DNA of 62,037 bases, filler included, from Perkinsus olseni (Eukaryota), in assembly GCA_013115125.1 (NCBI GenBank). It is 3 parts of 3 records of this genome, joined end to end, with 100 filler letters (N's around TTAATTAATTAA, not from the genome) between each part and the next. Parts side by side here need not be neighbours in the genome. Positions count along the whole stretch, not along the records: positions 20,756 to 41,408 come from JABANN010000572.1; positions 41,509 to 62,037 come from JABANN010000574.1; 1 more part is not named here. The stretch is one strand, 5' to 3'. The translations under genes were made by a program, and so were the position numbers. This document shows, piece after piece, positions 40,054-52,097 of the stretch. Under the pieces are notes generated by a model. That model had not been told where the DNA came from. It saw only the letters and a list, made by a program, of their open reading frames with translations, and did no database searches. How positions within the stretch are numbered: the first letter of the stretch is position 1; each line of letters begins with the position of its first letter.

Positions 40054-40600
40054 GTGAATGAGGCACTCAAGTTTCTCCCGGAGAGGATGATCTCCCTAGC
40101 GGACACCAAAGACATTACCCCAGATAAGATCATAAATGATATCACTTGCCATATGCCCTCGGTCGACACGGATAAATGGAAAGCGATCGAAGCCGAAAGC
40201 AATACTCTGAGCATGCCGGCCTCAGACCGTAACCTCATCATGAGGGAAGGCTACATCGTCATCGACTCTCTCCGGCTGAGGTGTAGAGAATCTCTACTAG
40301 AGATCCATCAGGGCAAGCTGCCGTGGACCCCTTGCTTCCCCCAAGGAGAAGAAGTCCTGCCTCACCTGTGGTGGCCAACATGAAAAAAGGGATTCACAAG
40401 GGAGATCTGATGTGGATTGACCGTGGGCTAGGCATTGACTGAAGGCATGTATTCCAAAACGTGCGAGGATCTCGCACGCCAGAGCGAACGCACCATCGCC
40501 GTCCTTAAAGAGTGTGCTGTGCTCGAAGCCAAACTCGAATCCCGGGAGCATCATCCGCTACCACTGGCAAATCGCCCCGGAGATACCACCGTCTTCCGTC
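40054..40600 (+). mobile_element. Ty3/gypsy-like pol relic (integrase zinc-binding region)
   Basis: RESLLEIHQG...LWWPT and PLPLANRPGD resemble the integrase H2C2 region and following linker. Stops and frameshifts are present. Confidence 0.5.
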
Positions 40601-40849
40601 GTACCACCACTGGCAGATCGCATCGTCTTCCACACCTAAGTTATGGAAGCATTGCATGGTCGGCGTCTCAGAATGCCTCGTGAAGAACAGCGTTGTCGTC
40701 TATCATGTTGAACTGTGTCAGATCGTCGTATCCTCGAACATGTGCAGATGAGGCGTTCGAGTCCGATTGCCATTCGAATTCATGTGGATTCTCAAGCCAT
40801 ACTGCCAGTTACACGCGAGAAAAGATCAGTAAGATAGACTGTCACTTTT

Positions 40850-41400
40850 TATACCTTTTTCTGATAAGGTGTTTCTAGAAATCTCATATGTTCTGTATTT
40901 CTTGATAACATAAAATTTATATCTGTCGGCGTTACTATCATCTCCCCTAAAGCACTAACCATGGTCATGTTCGTCGAACATTGTTTGAACGTGTCCCTGA
41001 AGGCACCAAGAATTCCTATGTGTGCTTTCTGGGCAAGGTTGCTAACTTTATGTTGGGAAGGATCCCACAAAGTCAACAGTTGACCGTCAACTCTTTGCGA
41101 CTCGTCACTTTGACTTTAGCTTTGTCCTACACAACCGACGCCTTGGTTCAACTCAAGACTTGATCTGCCCTAGGAGCTACTTCACGATGATAGGTGGGAT
41201 GTTGCCCACCAGTTAGTACTCGGGTCCTGAGTGGTCAGTCTAATACCGACGTATCGATGTCTATATGCTCATGGGTACCCAAGAATGAAAACTGGGTCTC
41301 AACTCCGACGACTGCACTAATGCTCTTGGCGAGCTGGTAAAACCTCTGGTCTCCGAGATGGGGCAAGGCGCGGTACCAAGCTAGCGTCGGAAAGGTCGAC
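40850..41400 (-). mobile_element. possible LINE RT C-terminal relic
   Basis: FSFLGT..IDT and LWDPSQHKVSNLAQKAHIGILGAFRDT resemble the YLGVxxD and QRxAxRxITGAFRTT motifs. Confidence 0.35.
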
Positions 41401-41408
41401 AGGACCTC

Positions 41409-41508
41409 NNNNNNNNNNNNNNNNNNNNNNNNNNNNNNNNNNNNNNNNNNNNTTAATTAATTAANNNNNNNNNNNNNNNNNNNNNNNNNNNNNNNNNNNN
41501 NNNNNNNN
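41409..41508. other. assembly gap with TTAATTAATTAA linker
   Basis: 100-nt N block with the linker at 41453-41464. Confidence 0.97.
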
Positions 41509-42527
41509 GGGAAATACAAGAAGGGGCCGCTCAAAGGCATACTACGGTCGGTGGTTGGATATGTGAACGATATCAACGCCTTGACTGTGGACATCTCATG
41601 CCGGAATGCTCTCGCGACTCTGCAGTACAGAGCCCGGATGCTACAGGTTGCAACGAACGATATTCGGCAATAAAACTGCACCTTGCCGCATAGGCTCGTT
41701 TGGAGAAGGAAGTGGGAAAGGACAGGCCTGAGGAGGAAGTCAACGTTCTGGCTGATAGTGAACCGGTGAGTGAAGACAATGCGCTGTCTACATAGGTGGG
41801 CCCCCGCGTTCCGTTACTGATTTGCAACCTGGCTTTCTGTCACCTGAGCAAGATCTGTAGGAGTCTGCAACCGTCGTTGCGAAGCGAGAGAAATTCGAAC
41901 GAAGGATGCTCGCCGATAGTGCAGAAGTAGCCGCATCTCTGGAGTCTTGGCAGGCTTCTCTGGAGGAGGAGGTGAGACGGACAATCATCGCGTGCAGTTC
42001 TGACCTCTGAGGGCGCTACAATGCAGTAGTGTCGTTCAGCTCTCGCATAGACTCTCATCGATATACGAGGACGTTAAGGAACGGGTGATGGTTCCTATCG
42101 AGGCTAAGGCAGCTGCTGTTGAGAAGTGAACACGGCCCTTCCCATCGTCGTTGTGGCCTCTCCACTGTGCCTCAGGATTGTCTCGGGTTGTGGAGTCTCT
42201 AGGACAGAGCTGGAATGTCGACTAGCCCGTACCGCAGCACTGGAGCAGGCCGCTGACGAGCTCACAGTGAGTCGTCCCGGGCCCCAGTCTGGGCATTGAA
42301 CACACTCTTACACGCAGGTGAGGGCAACGAGCCTTAATGCGAGAATGGTGTGGAAGAAGCATATTAAGTCGGCCCTTGAGAGCACGCAAGACACCGTGGG
42401 GAACCTCGTAGAACTGGTCAACTCGATCGGACGGATGTCACCCGTGAAGGCAAGTATCATATCGCAACTTCGGGCGGAGGACCTGTACGACAGGTGCACA
42501 AGAGGGTTTGTGAAGATCTGTGCGTGA
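41509..42527 (+). pseudogene. 3' part of a multi-exon coiled-coil gene with disruptions
   Basis: GT-AG exons ending ...RGFVKICA*. There is an in-frame TAG near 41691 and an apparent frameshift near 42070. Confidence 0.35.
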
Positions 42528-43694
42528 AAGCGGAAACAATTATCCGAAGCATGAGAACGGAGGGAGAGAAGATTCTGTTGATGGCCCCACAGGTGCCTCA
42601 GTGTGCTTTCGGCAGACCTAACCCTCCTCCCCACGGTTGTCTGTTCCTTGATCTATGAATCTCCGGGGTTGCTTGCCAGTCGAGAAGCCGAGAGAATGCG
42701 GAGCACCGGACAGCCGAGGGCATGAGTCATGGCACCGAACTTGATCAACATCTGAAGAATGTCAGGCCGGCTTCGGCGCATACCACTCGTTCACCACCAG
42801 AACGTGCCCTTCTGAGCAGGTTCGGTCATTGGAACGTGCTCTAGCCATGAAGTCGGAGGCTATTCTGCGACCAGCAGCGGCGTTAGAACGGCCTTCATCT
42901 GCCATGAAAAAGAGTACCTGATTATTTAGCGCCCGGCCGAATCCTGCTCACTCAGGTGGCGATATACCCCCATCGTTGAAGTCTCCACAGGGAGGCAAGA
43001 TTCTATTCGAGCGGAAACGCAGTCGTCCGAATGTGGAACCTCCGGTCACGAGTGACTCCGACGTGATCGGAGGCAAGCTTTCTCTCTCTGAAGGTCGACT
43101 TGGATCCAGCTTTCTCCTGCAATGCCCCCTCTTCCCAGGTACACGTGTGTCCCCGCCGAAGGCGCCGCCACATGTGCCGCATGTGTAGAATTTGGAACTT
43201 TCTCCTCGTGCAGCGAATCAGCGTTTGCGTTGATGGGTACAGCCAGGAAGTAGACGATCAAAACACGGCTTGACTGATTTCTCGAGATCTCATCATGGGT
43301 TAAGCGAGATACACCTTGGAAGAAAAAGCTCGTTAAGGAGTTGCAACCTTCGTGTGCCGTCGATTTGACCTGGAAGAGTCCCCGAGGTATCCAAGGTTGG
43401 ACAGACATCGGCAAACTTTGCGGACGCGCGTGCGTGCAAGATACTTGTGTGTTTCTATGTTCTTGGTTGTAGTGAAGCACCCGTTCTTCTACGGTGCGCA
43501 CGGGGAGCGGCGTACACAGCTTACGCGTGGATGTTGCAACGCTAGCGACATGATCCTGAGCTATGTCGTCTGGGATTCATATCTTTCGCCGTCCCATCTA
43601 CGAGGATACCCGGCGTCTCGGGCTCGCTTTCCAGTCGCCTGCTTGGTTGCGCTTTATCCCTGTTCCACCATTTCAGTTCGTTCAGTTCCTTAGG

Positions 43695-44243
43695 ATGCAG
43701 CTCTTCCCCGCCAACCTGGTAGACATTGCCGGCGGCAGGGAGAACGTGCTAGCGCTGGTCAAGCATTTCTACGACTTGTCTTTCCGCGACCCGATTCTTG
43801 GGGTTCTTTATAATGACAAGACTGAGCCTCACCACGAGATGTTTTGCAGATGGTTCTTTCATACCGCTGGAGTCGAGAAAGAAGGTCCCTCTATCCGTAA
43901 GGTGAACGCCTCCCACAAGAAGGCTCAGCACTGCCCTCTGAGATTGGATGCCCCTCCAGAGGCAGGATTCCGAGGCGATGGGTTCACGAGGAACCAACGC
44001 AATCGTTGGCTACTGATGCAACTGAAGGCCTGTGAGGATTTCAATATGCCCCTCAACTTCGTGAGACCTTATATCCATGGCCTATGTGCTTTCATGGGTG
44101 TGTACGGTCCCTTCACTGAGGCACGTCCCGGCAGCAGTGGCAAGTGCCCGATGAGAGCATTCGAGGCGAGGAATGCTATCAACGCCCCAGCAGCGGTTGT
44201 GAATTCTCAGAGAGGGCCTTCCATTTGCCCAGTTGTGCATTGA
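43695..44243 (+). CDS. truncated (2/2) haemoglobin-like protein with C-terminal Cys-Pro motifs
   Basis: GGRENVLALVKHFYDLSFRDPIL (GG...LVxxFY, B10 Tyr), candidate proximal His in VNASH, and FTRNQRNRWLLMQLKA (G-helix Trp). A pyrimidine tract + AG lies directly before the ATG. Upstream exons cannot be excluded. Confidence 0.75.
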   Translation: MQLFPANLVDIAGGRENVLALVKHFYDLSFRDPILGVLYNDKTEPHHEMFCRWFFHTAGVEKEGPSIRKVNASHKKAQHCPLRLDAPPEAGFRGDGFTRNQRNRWLLMQLKACEDFNMPLNFVRPYIHGLCAFMGVYGPFTEARPGSSGKCPMRAFEARNAINAPAAVVNSQRGPSICPVVH

Positions 44244-45596
44244 TATATCTCAAAAAGATCATCCAGGTTGCCTTTCCCGGCCATGATCGTAAGCAGCTAC
44301 AGTCTGTCCTCGCTGTTACAGGGCCTCGCAATTTTTCTCGCGAACTCAGAATCGCTCAGCGAGGCCCGTTACGTGCCATAGCGCATGCGAGTTTTTCACA
44401 GTCTATTATAGTGTATCACTGATACAGTTGAGGGGTCGTCCAGAGCCCTAGTCGTAGTAGAACAGAGATAGTTGTCGTATCATACCTTCTGTTTCCGTTA
44501 GACGTCGATTGAGATGATCGTTGAGGTCAACTTTTTGTTAGAGGCTAGTTACGCTACGTTCGCCGGAGCTGCATCGGAGGTTATTAGGATTATATAAGTG
44601 GTGGTTTGTGTTTCCAAGTTGGTTCAGGCTATTTTCTCGGAGGTTGAGTGAGATTCTCGCAAGCAGAACAGGGCGATCTTCGTTCTAAGCGGCATAGCGT
44701 GCGCTACGTCTAACACTGACAATACCGGTAACGCCGACAATGCGCCCCACATACTACAGTAAAAGTACGAATACAGATGGTATGCCGATGCGTAAGATTT
44801 TTCATTCTCGGGAAGCCTCCATGGTGTAAAATTAGAGTGACAGCCGGCGCCCTTTGTGCCGAGAGACGTGGCGATTATACTATGTACAGTACGATGGGTA
44901 AGGAAGTTTCAATCGATGGTATGCGGCACGACCTGCATTTCGTCAACAGTCGAAGATACGTTTCCTAGTCCTACGTCAGATAAATATAACGCTGCATTTG
45001 CTCTCAAAGACCAGCATTGTCGTAAACCGACGCCTCTGGTGAAAGATGGTAATGAAGATCTAAACGAATTGCAGATCTCGACTCATCAAAGAAAAAGAAC
45101 ATCTCACCAACGCTAATACGTTGTTCCGGAAAATTTAATTGTGAATCATACCGCCAATACTGAGGATGCGATTGGACGTTTCGAACCCCCGCATGAATCA
45201 GCAACCATCTCCCTAGGCAAGCACCTCATCAGAAAGAAGCGAAAAAGCGAGTCTGTCAGTGTATGGCGCACCATCGTCCCCAAGTTGGTCGACCTCGACG
45301 ACGATATGTTAACATGTCAAGGTGAGCACTGTATTTTCACTCTGAGGGCTATGCTCCTTTCACCAACAGACCCTATTCAACCAGCTAAACTCATCACCAC
45401 ATAAACGTATGTCAACGATAGTCTAACTGAGCCGAACTGTCGAAGTTAGACTATGAGCTCACTTTCCATACTCGCACGTGCGATTTACGCAATCATCACC
45501 ACTCGCTCAGTTCAGAACCACTTTTCAACTCAACACTCACATTCGAAAAAATCTTAGACTCACGAGGGTAGAACAACAAAGACTTAAAATACACGA

Positions 45597-45654
45597 CAGC
45601 AATCATCAGGAGCGGCCGCGTCGCAGCAGTTTATCGCTCCAAATTCATTCGCTG
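45597..45654 (-). promoter_or_regulatory. SECIS element (type II)
   Basis: CAGCGA AUGAA UUUGGAGCG AU AAA CUGC UGCGAC GCGG C CGCUCCUGA UGAU UGCUG: AUGA/GA core, AAA 11 nt after the core and an apical mini-helix, about 90 nt after the stop of the UGA-containing ORF. Confidence 0.88.
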
Positions 45655-45743
45655 AGTGAACGATTTTCCCACACAACAGACGAGGAGAAGAGGCACAGAG
45701 CGCATTAGTAATTCTATCCACATCAACACGTTAGATTATAGGG

Positions 45744-46556
45744 CTAATTTCCAAGTAGTGGCCGTTCATTATCACGTGTACGAGATGATCCAAATATCTC
45801 GCGGAATTGTTGAGCAAGCTTCCTAGGCAGATCTGTGTACCAAGCAATACCGACAAACATGAGGATGCAGCCAGCCCATGTAGCGAAGAGAGTGAGCCAA
45901 ATACCGTAGACCGAATAGGATCCGTCAGGATTGTACATGGGCGCGTCCACGCCTAGAGCATTCTCCTCGGTGACGAACAGAGGACCAACACCAACGTCAG
46001 GGCAGCCGTCCGTGACACCACGAACCTTCTCAACCTCGTACGCACAGTCATCAAAATGGAACTTGACAACCTTTCCCGAGCTGGGGTCCGTCATGAACCA
46101 GTTGTTAGAGTCCAACAGGACATGACGGGTTAGATCAGCCATCACACCCACAGTAGCTAGAACCACACAATAGAATGGTCCCCATTTCTTTAAGTGAGGA
46201 GTGATGTTACGTCTCTTTGACTTAGTACCAGCATAAACGAATTGACATAGATTAGTGAAAATAGCAAGATTAAGACCGAAAGTAATAGTGTGGGAGAAAC
46301 CGTTGAGGCCAGCCGTACTGGCTAGACCGAGCAGCCCGAAGACCAACACCGGCCAGCATCAGGCACCAACCAAAGCAGGAATCGACACCAACAGGGTGAA
46401 GATCGATACCAGAATAGGTCTTCGTATGGACTCCTGTGCAGCAGGCGAGATGGTGATGGCGGTTAAGGGCTCTTCGGGGCCATCTCAGGCGCTGCATTCC
46501 TCCACATCGGAGGGACGCGGAGCCCCCAAGGGAGCCTCCGTAAGAGGTTGCGCCAT
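45744..46556 (-). CDS. membrane selenoprotein (MSP-like), 270 aa, Sec24 and Sec66
   Basis: One intronless frame from ATG 46556, broken only by TGA at 46485-46487 (ECSA-U) and 46359-46361 (IPALVGA-U-CWP). It has several TM helices and a SECIS in the 3' UTR. Confidence 0.88.
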
Positions 46557-46929
46557 GGACTACGACAAAAAGAACGCTCTCTCAAAAGCTTAACTGAAAG
46601 CAGAGTCAAGTTCTCGATAATGATATTACAAGGCCACCAATGACTTGTTGGACTACGACCGTTTCGAGCATCTTCTGAGTGCTGCAATTGTGCGCACGCC
46701 AAAGATTATCTGAGAGAGGTTAGCGCCCGCCCGCTGTCACCACACTAGTGTAACACAAAGCAATCTCGTGTAGGTGATAAGAGCTCTATGACATACGTCT
46801 GGCCAACTGCGATGATGACCATCATCTTGAAACGCTGGTCGAGCAGCACTCTCAGTTACCAGACTCCTACGCTCCTCTTCTTCAGCCTTCTCTATAGTAC
46901 GACTGCCGACGATGACGTATGGCATTATT

Positions 46930-47078
46930 TTAATAGGGATTAGATCGGCCCGCATCACCACTTGAACTCGCGCCTGTTACACAAGACTGCCAATACAATT
47001 AGAGTTAGCGCTGGGGTACCTCCTCCCGCCGAATAGGACTGCTGCTGGGTCTGCTGAGCCTCCTGAGTCTGCTGAGGC

Positions 47079-47109
<31 letters not shown>

Positions 47110-49005
47110 GCTGTTGCTGTTGGTTTGCCGCTACAGCCATCGCTGCATAATAAGCAGCGTAGCTGAACAATAGGCTTTAACTCTATAGCACAGTCCGTCA
47201 CAACACTCACGGATCAGCCATCTGGCCGCCAGCCTGCCCTCCCTGCTGAGCCTGGAGGCTGCTGTAATACGCTGCGTAGGGGTAGTATGCCCTGAAGGAG
47301 GGGACAACTTCGAGACCCCCGAGACTATCTCATAGTACGCCTGCTGAGCCGCCATGCCTGCCCATCCCTGTTGCATGGCCGCTTGGCTGTAGGCATCATA
47401 GCCCTGAGGCTCGGGAGACTGCGGAAGAGAGGAGTGTCACAATACAGCGGTTAAAGCCGGACTAGAGACGCTGAACCCAATACTACGCCCCAGCCTCTGC
47501 CCTTCCCCTTTCCGCTGCCATCAGAGCCTCCCTGCCGTTGGGAATTCCGCACTTCAACCTGAAAACCGCCAATAAAGAAACCACCACTCCCGATGGTACA
47601 AACCCATCGACCATCGATCATATTATTCCCGTTGATAGCGGCGTTGACGGCATCCTCCGAGTCGAAGGTAACGAAACCGTACCCCTTCGATCGGCCAGTG
47701 TCCCGATCTCGCCTGAGGTAAGGCAAATGCTCTACACAGCGGAATGGAGGCTCCCCGAGGCAGCGTACATAGCTATGCAGTCGACGATGTTGCCGTATTG
47801 GGAAAAGTGCTGATGGAGACGCTCTGAAACAGGACCGACCCCTGCTTGCTCGGGAGCGAAGCATTTGAGCCCTAGATCAAGATGCTACAACAACCAACCT
47901 GTATCGCACTCCTGCGGCAGGCCTCCACAGAAGACCTTCATGGGGTCATCACCACCACGACTGAAAAAAAGAGGAATAACATTCACCGCGCAGACCCTAG
48001 GTAGTACCGAGCTGGACCGCCGCTCCTATCACCGCCATAACCTGACAAATATGAATCAAGGAGAACGCAGCCCACATGCATGTTGTAGAGCTATGCGGAC
48101 GATGACGAGCTGCACACAGGCAGGCTCGCGAGAGAAGTCAACCTCCCAAGCGACACGGGTTTGCTACTGTCATGTAACGAAGAACTCATTACCTCCTCTG
48201 TGGGGATCCTTAGGATCTTGTGATCGGTTAACATCCACATGTTTGCCGTTCAACTGATGTGGGCCGCTCGCGAGGCAGTTCTGAAGATACTACGATCTCA
48301 CTATGACACTGGTCTTCTCTGAGTGCGGTCGCCACTCCCGCGCGAAGAAACGTGATCCCCCGATCATCACTACCTCCACCTCCCCGCTGGTAGAATACGT
48401 TACAAATCCGAAACCTCGGCAGCGACCGGTCATCTTATCGGTCATAACGATCGCTCGTTCGACGTGTCCGAATTGTGAGAAGTACTGATGGAAGGCGTCG
48501 TCGGTGATACCCTCAGGTATACCACCAACGAACAGTTGCTGAGAAGAAGCGAGCAATGCTGCCAACTCGTGGACAGCTAGTTGAGCGACTCAAGCACTGA
48601 AACGGCCCAGTCGAGTTCACTTGCAACACAGGGCGATGCTAAACATACCGAGATTAGACTCACGCTTCGATCTTCAGCTGCTCTATCGCCATACTGACCG
48701 CCATAGCCCTGATAATAACTGTAATATGGTCTCTGCATAGTGAACTTACACCCGAACTGAAGGATGGCCCTCCTTGCTCGGCAGCCTTCCCGCCCAGCTG
48801 ATTCGTCAAGGATGCTGCAGTTTTAGCGGCGATCGCGGCTGCAGCAGCAAAGGGATCCTGCTGACCTAAAGGTTGGACAACAACGTTTTCTCCATGCAAA
48901 TCTTCAATACATTATCAAAACCTTCCGGACCGTACCTTGCGAGCTGCCCCCTGCGGCCGACTGAGGAGGCCCGGAAAAGTTACTGCCAGGGTAATTAGTA
49001 GCCAT
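46930..49005 (-). CDS. two-RRM RNA-binding protein (hnRNP A1/Musashi/DAZAP-like) with Gln-rich tail
   Basis: RRM1 LFVGGIP...RGFGFVTY and RRM2 KVFCGGLP...KGYGFVTF. It has a polyQ tract and ends GRSNPY*. Confidence 0.88.
47078..47121 (-). repeat. (CAA/CAG)n polyglutamine microsatellite
   Basis: TGT/TGC run on the + strand, inside the RRM gene. Confidence 0.9.
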
Positions 49006-51206
49006 TGATATCTTCTAACTCAGCAAGGCTGATTGAACCTCATCCGATCGACACATTCCCCGATTGAGCGCTGGGACCTGCTGCCTCGTGCAACGCTCCA
49101 TGACGGGGCCCAGTGTTATTCCGTCAGGGGCCGCGTGAAAAAGACTGTGGTGAGTCAACGGATTTCACGCGGGAAGCTTTGTTGATAAGCATACCTCCTA
49201 GAACAGTCCTAGAGCGGAGGTAGCGCCTACCGGGTCCAGGCTCTCGTCGTGGTGGACATTCTTCGCAAATCCAAACTGTATGCGAAGAACTCGCGCCCGC
49301 CATGGCGAGCGATTCGACAAAGTGTTTCCATCCCTGCGCTGCGTCTATTCCTAATTACCCCAGTCTATTATCAGGCCCATTGCACTGAGCGATCGAGAAT
49401 CCGAAGCACTAACTGAATTCGAATTCCGCCAATGACCGCCTTAGATGAGTCGAACTTCGTCGGGGTGTCGGAAGTAACTTCAGACCCGTCTGAATGACTC
49501 CGTCGCTCGCTGGGAGTACATACAAGTTCACCAGTCTGGAGCCTGCTTTCTGCTCTCGGCTGCGAGCAGTTAGCGGTGGCTAAGCTGCTTGAACACCGTG
49601 TGCTACCTGTTAAGAAAGACTCCGTGTCCTATTGGACCGTCCACTTTGGACACACTTACAGCACTGGTAAGCGGTTGCCAGTGCTGTGATGTTGGCGTGG
49701 CGATTCGACGAGACGGAACACCGCATCAGCTGCTACTAGCGGGCCCCCGGGACTTTCAGAGTAAGAGTCGGTCCTCGATTAGTGAAGAGAAAACTCCATC
49801 AGCAAGATTGATTCTGAAATTTTCCCTGTATTAACAACGTGTAGACAAGTACTCGGTTATGAGATCTCTAGGTTAATTCGGGACTGTAAAGTGCAGAGTA
49901 GCGAACGCCGCCTCGCCGCGTTGACAGGGCAATATACCCAAGAGAACAGCACTTACATAAAGGCTCATCTTACTGATCACAACATCGTGGACGATAGCCA
50001 ACTAGTACACGTCGGCACGTTATTCGAGTGTATAACATCAGACTTCGTTATTCGAATAGTTTGACTCAAGTAGGATCGTCGAGCTCATGTGGCTCACGAA
50101 CTGCCGACGATCAATGTCGGAAAGATCGGCTGTTAGAAGTGAACCCGACTCGAGTTACCGGTTTGGTTGCCCCCCCCTACCAGGAGGCTCCGCAGTGCGA
50201 AGTTCGCACGTAATAGGCTAGCAGTGCTAGCACTACTCGATTGCATTCTTGCTGCTCCCTCGCTCAAATTTTAGTTGCTACATATGAGATTACTGACTTG
50301 CCCTGCGAATGGGGCCGCGATGGGTGCCGACCTCTGTTGTGTCCGCGCGAGCGCGTAGGACAGCGCATGAATAATTGCCGATCGTATGCATGTTATACGC
50401 GCTTCGGGAGGGTTTCCGAAGCCCTTCACACGAGGTGGTGTAAGTGTGCTGCTGACGAGGGCTGACTCAACCGCGCTTCCTTTCGTTATTGATGGCTGCT
50501 CCATCGGACTCCTCCTCCTGCAGTGATGCTTCTTCGTTGCCGAGCTACTACTGTATTGGTTCATCTATCAACACTGGGCGATCCGTAGAGAGCAGTAGAC
50601 AACCGGGGCTGGAGGTAGCTGATTACGAGCGTCCCCGTGAGGGTCTGGGACTGCAATTGATCACGAGCATGACTTCGTCGCTTTAGGCGTCCGTGTATGT
50701 GGGAAGGCCTGATCGAAGCCCTCTGCTGCTCCGAGAGTCCATGAAGTGAGGCTTGGGAATGGGGTAGCCCTTGTTGTGATGCATTCGGCTATAGAATTCC
50801 GAAGGTCGGAGCTGCCATACTACGAGACACATAGTATGAGTGCTCCTTCAGAGCGGTTAGCCATTCCAATGAACCTATGTTACCATGGCGCACGAATGAG
50901 GTCACCTGGCATCACATGGTATCTTTCGAAGTTCAACCTTCGCTCTGTGACCCCCAGACTGGGAGGGACTCGGATGATCGGTGAATAGCTCGAGGAACGC
51001 AATTAAATCTTGTGGAAGCCTCGAACTCAAGACTCACGAGACGGGAAATGATGAGCTAGTCAGAACTGTCGGTTGCCTTGGGAGGAGAGAAGTTAGCATT
51101 GAAAGGTACACCACGCAACAGTCGACCAGCGCATGCGATCTCTGAAATGAAGGGACAAAGAAAAGTTTGACATTTGACGAAATGAAAGATCAGGCTCTCG
51201 AATGAG

Positions 51207-52097
51207 CTAGGCTCTGAACCTAAGGCTCACCTCGTACAACGAAGAAAGATTGATGTAACCCCAGTGGGACACATAGTTCGCCGCCTCCACCGCAACCTCA
51301 CCGTAGTGATGTCTCACTGCGGAAACTCGTGCTCTGTTGCAAGCCCTCCTGCACACCTGAGCTATCCACTCTCCTCGCGCGCTCAAGTCGCGATGCATTC
51401 CGTAGTTGCCTCCTCCTGATGTGTCGTAAATAAGATCTGTTTTCAGCTTGAAAGTGTTGCTTCCCTGGCCGAAAAGTGAAAATTTGACCTCAAGGATAAG
51501 TGCGAAGGTCATCAAGTGCTCAGTTGCTGACGCATGTAGCAGGCATATGTACGGTAACTCCGTGACGTCGGCAAGAGGAACCCTGTCAACAATAGAGACT
51601 GTACCATCCTCGTTGACTGGCGTGTCGTCAAACCGTAGATGGACCAGAGTCCCCTCGAAAATATATATTCCCACCGAAGAGAGCTCCACCCCCAACCAAG
51701 GTGGATTGTTTTTAAGCAATAGGGATAAGGAGAAGTTGGCGTACTTGTTGGCGCCGTTGGGCAGATGAAGGAAATCTTTGGGCGGATCAGCCAACCACGA
51801 GGGTGCCGGGCCCAGATCAAAGCCTCGCAGCTCCATCTCCCATCTTGAAATACACGCTTCAATGATATAATTCTTGGAAACCATGAGCCCCAGGTTGAGG
51901 GCAGCGTACAAGGCCATGCCAGTCAGAATAAGGGGCATAACTATATGGAACGCCTTATCCCCGGGGGTTCCAGACTTAAAGAGACTGCCGAATGACGGAG
52001 GTGAGTTGAATGTATCCTCGCCAACATCAGCAGTATAGTCGGCGCTGTGTTGCCATACATGGGTGGTCTGCGGCAGGCATCGTTCGGTTGGGGGCAT
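51207..52097 (-). CDS. intronless single-TM protein of unknown family (LEA_2-like strand pattern possible), paralogue 1
   Basis: Open 296-aa frame. The start MPPTERC was chosen by alignment with paralogue 2. A TM segment is followed by NFSLSLLLKNNPPWLGVELSSVGI. Confidence 0.65.
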   Translation of the reverse strand: MPPTERCLPQTTHVWQHSADYTADVGEDTFNSPPSFGSLFKSGTPGDKAFHIVMPLILTGMALYAALNLGLMVSKNYIIEACISRWEMELRGFDLGPAPSWLADPPKDFLHLPNGANKYANFSLSLLLKNNPPWLGVELSSVGIYIFEGTLVHLRFDDTPVNEDGTVSIVDRVPLADVTELPYICLLHASATEHLMTFALILEVKFSLFGQGSNTFKLKTDLIYDTSGGGNYGMHRDLSARGEWIAQVCRRACNRARVSAVRHHYGEVAVEAANYVSHWGYINLSSLYEVSLRFRA

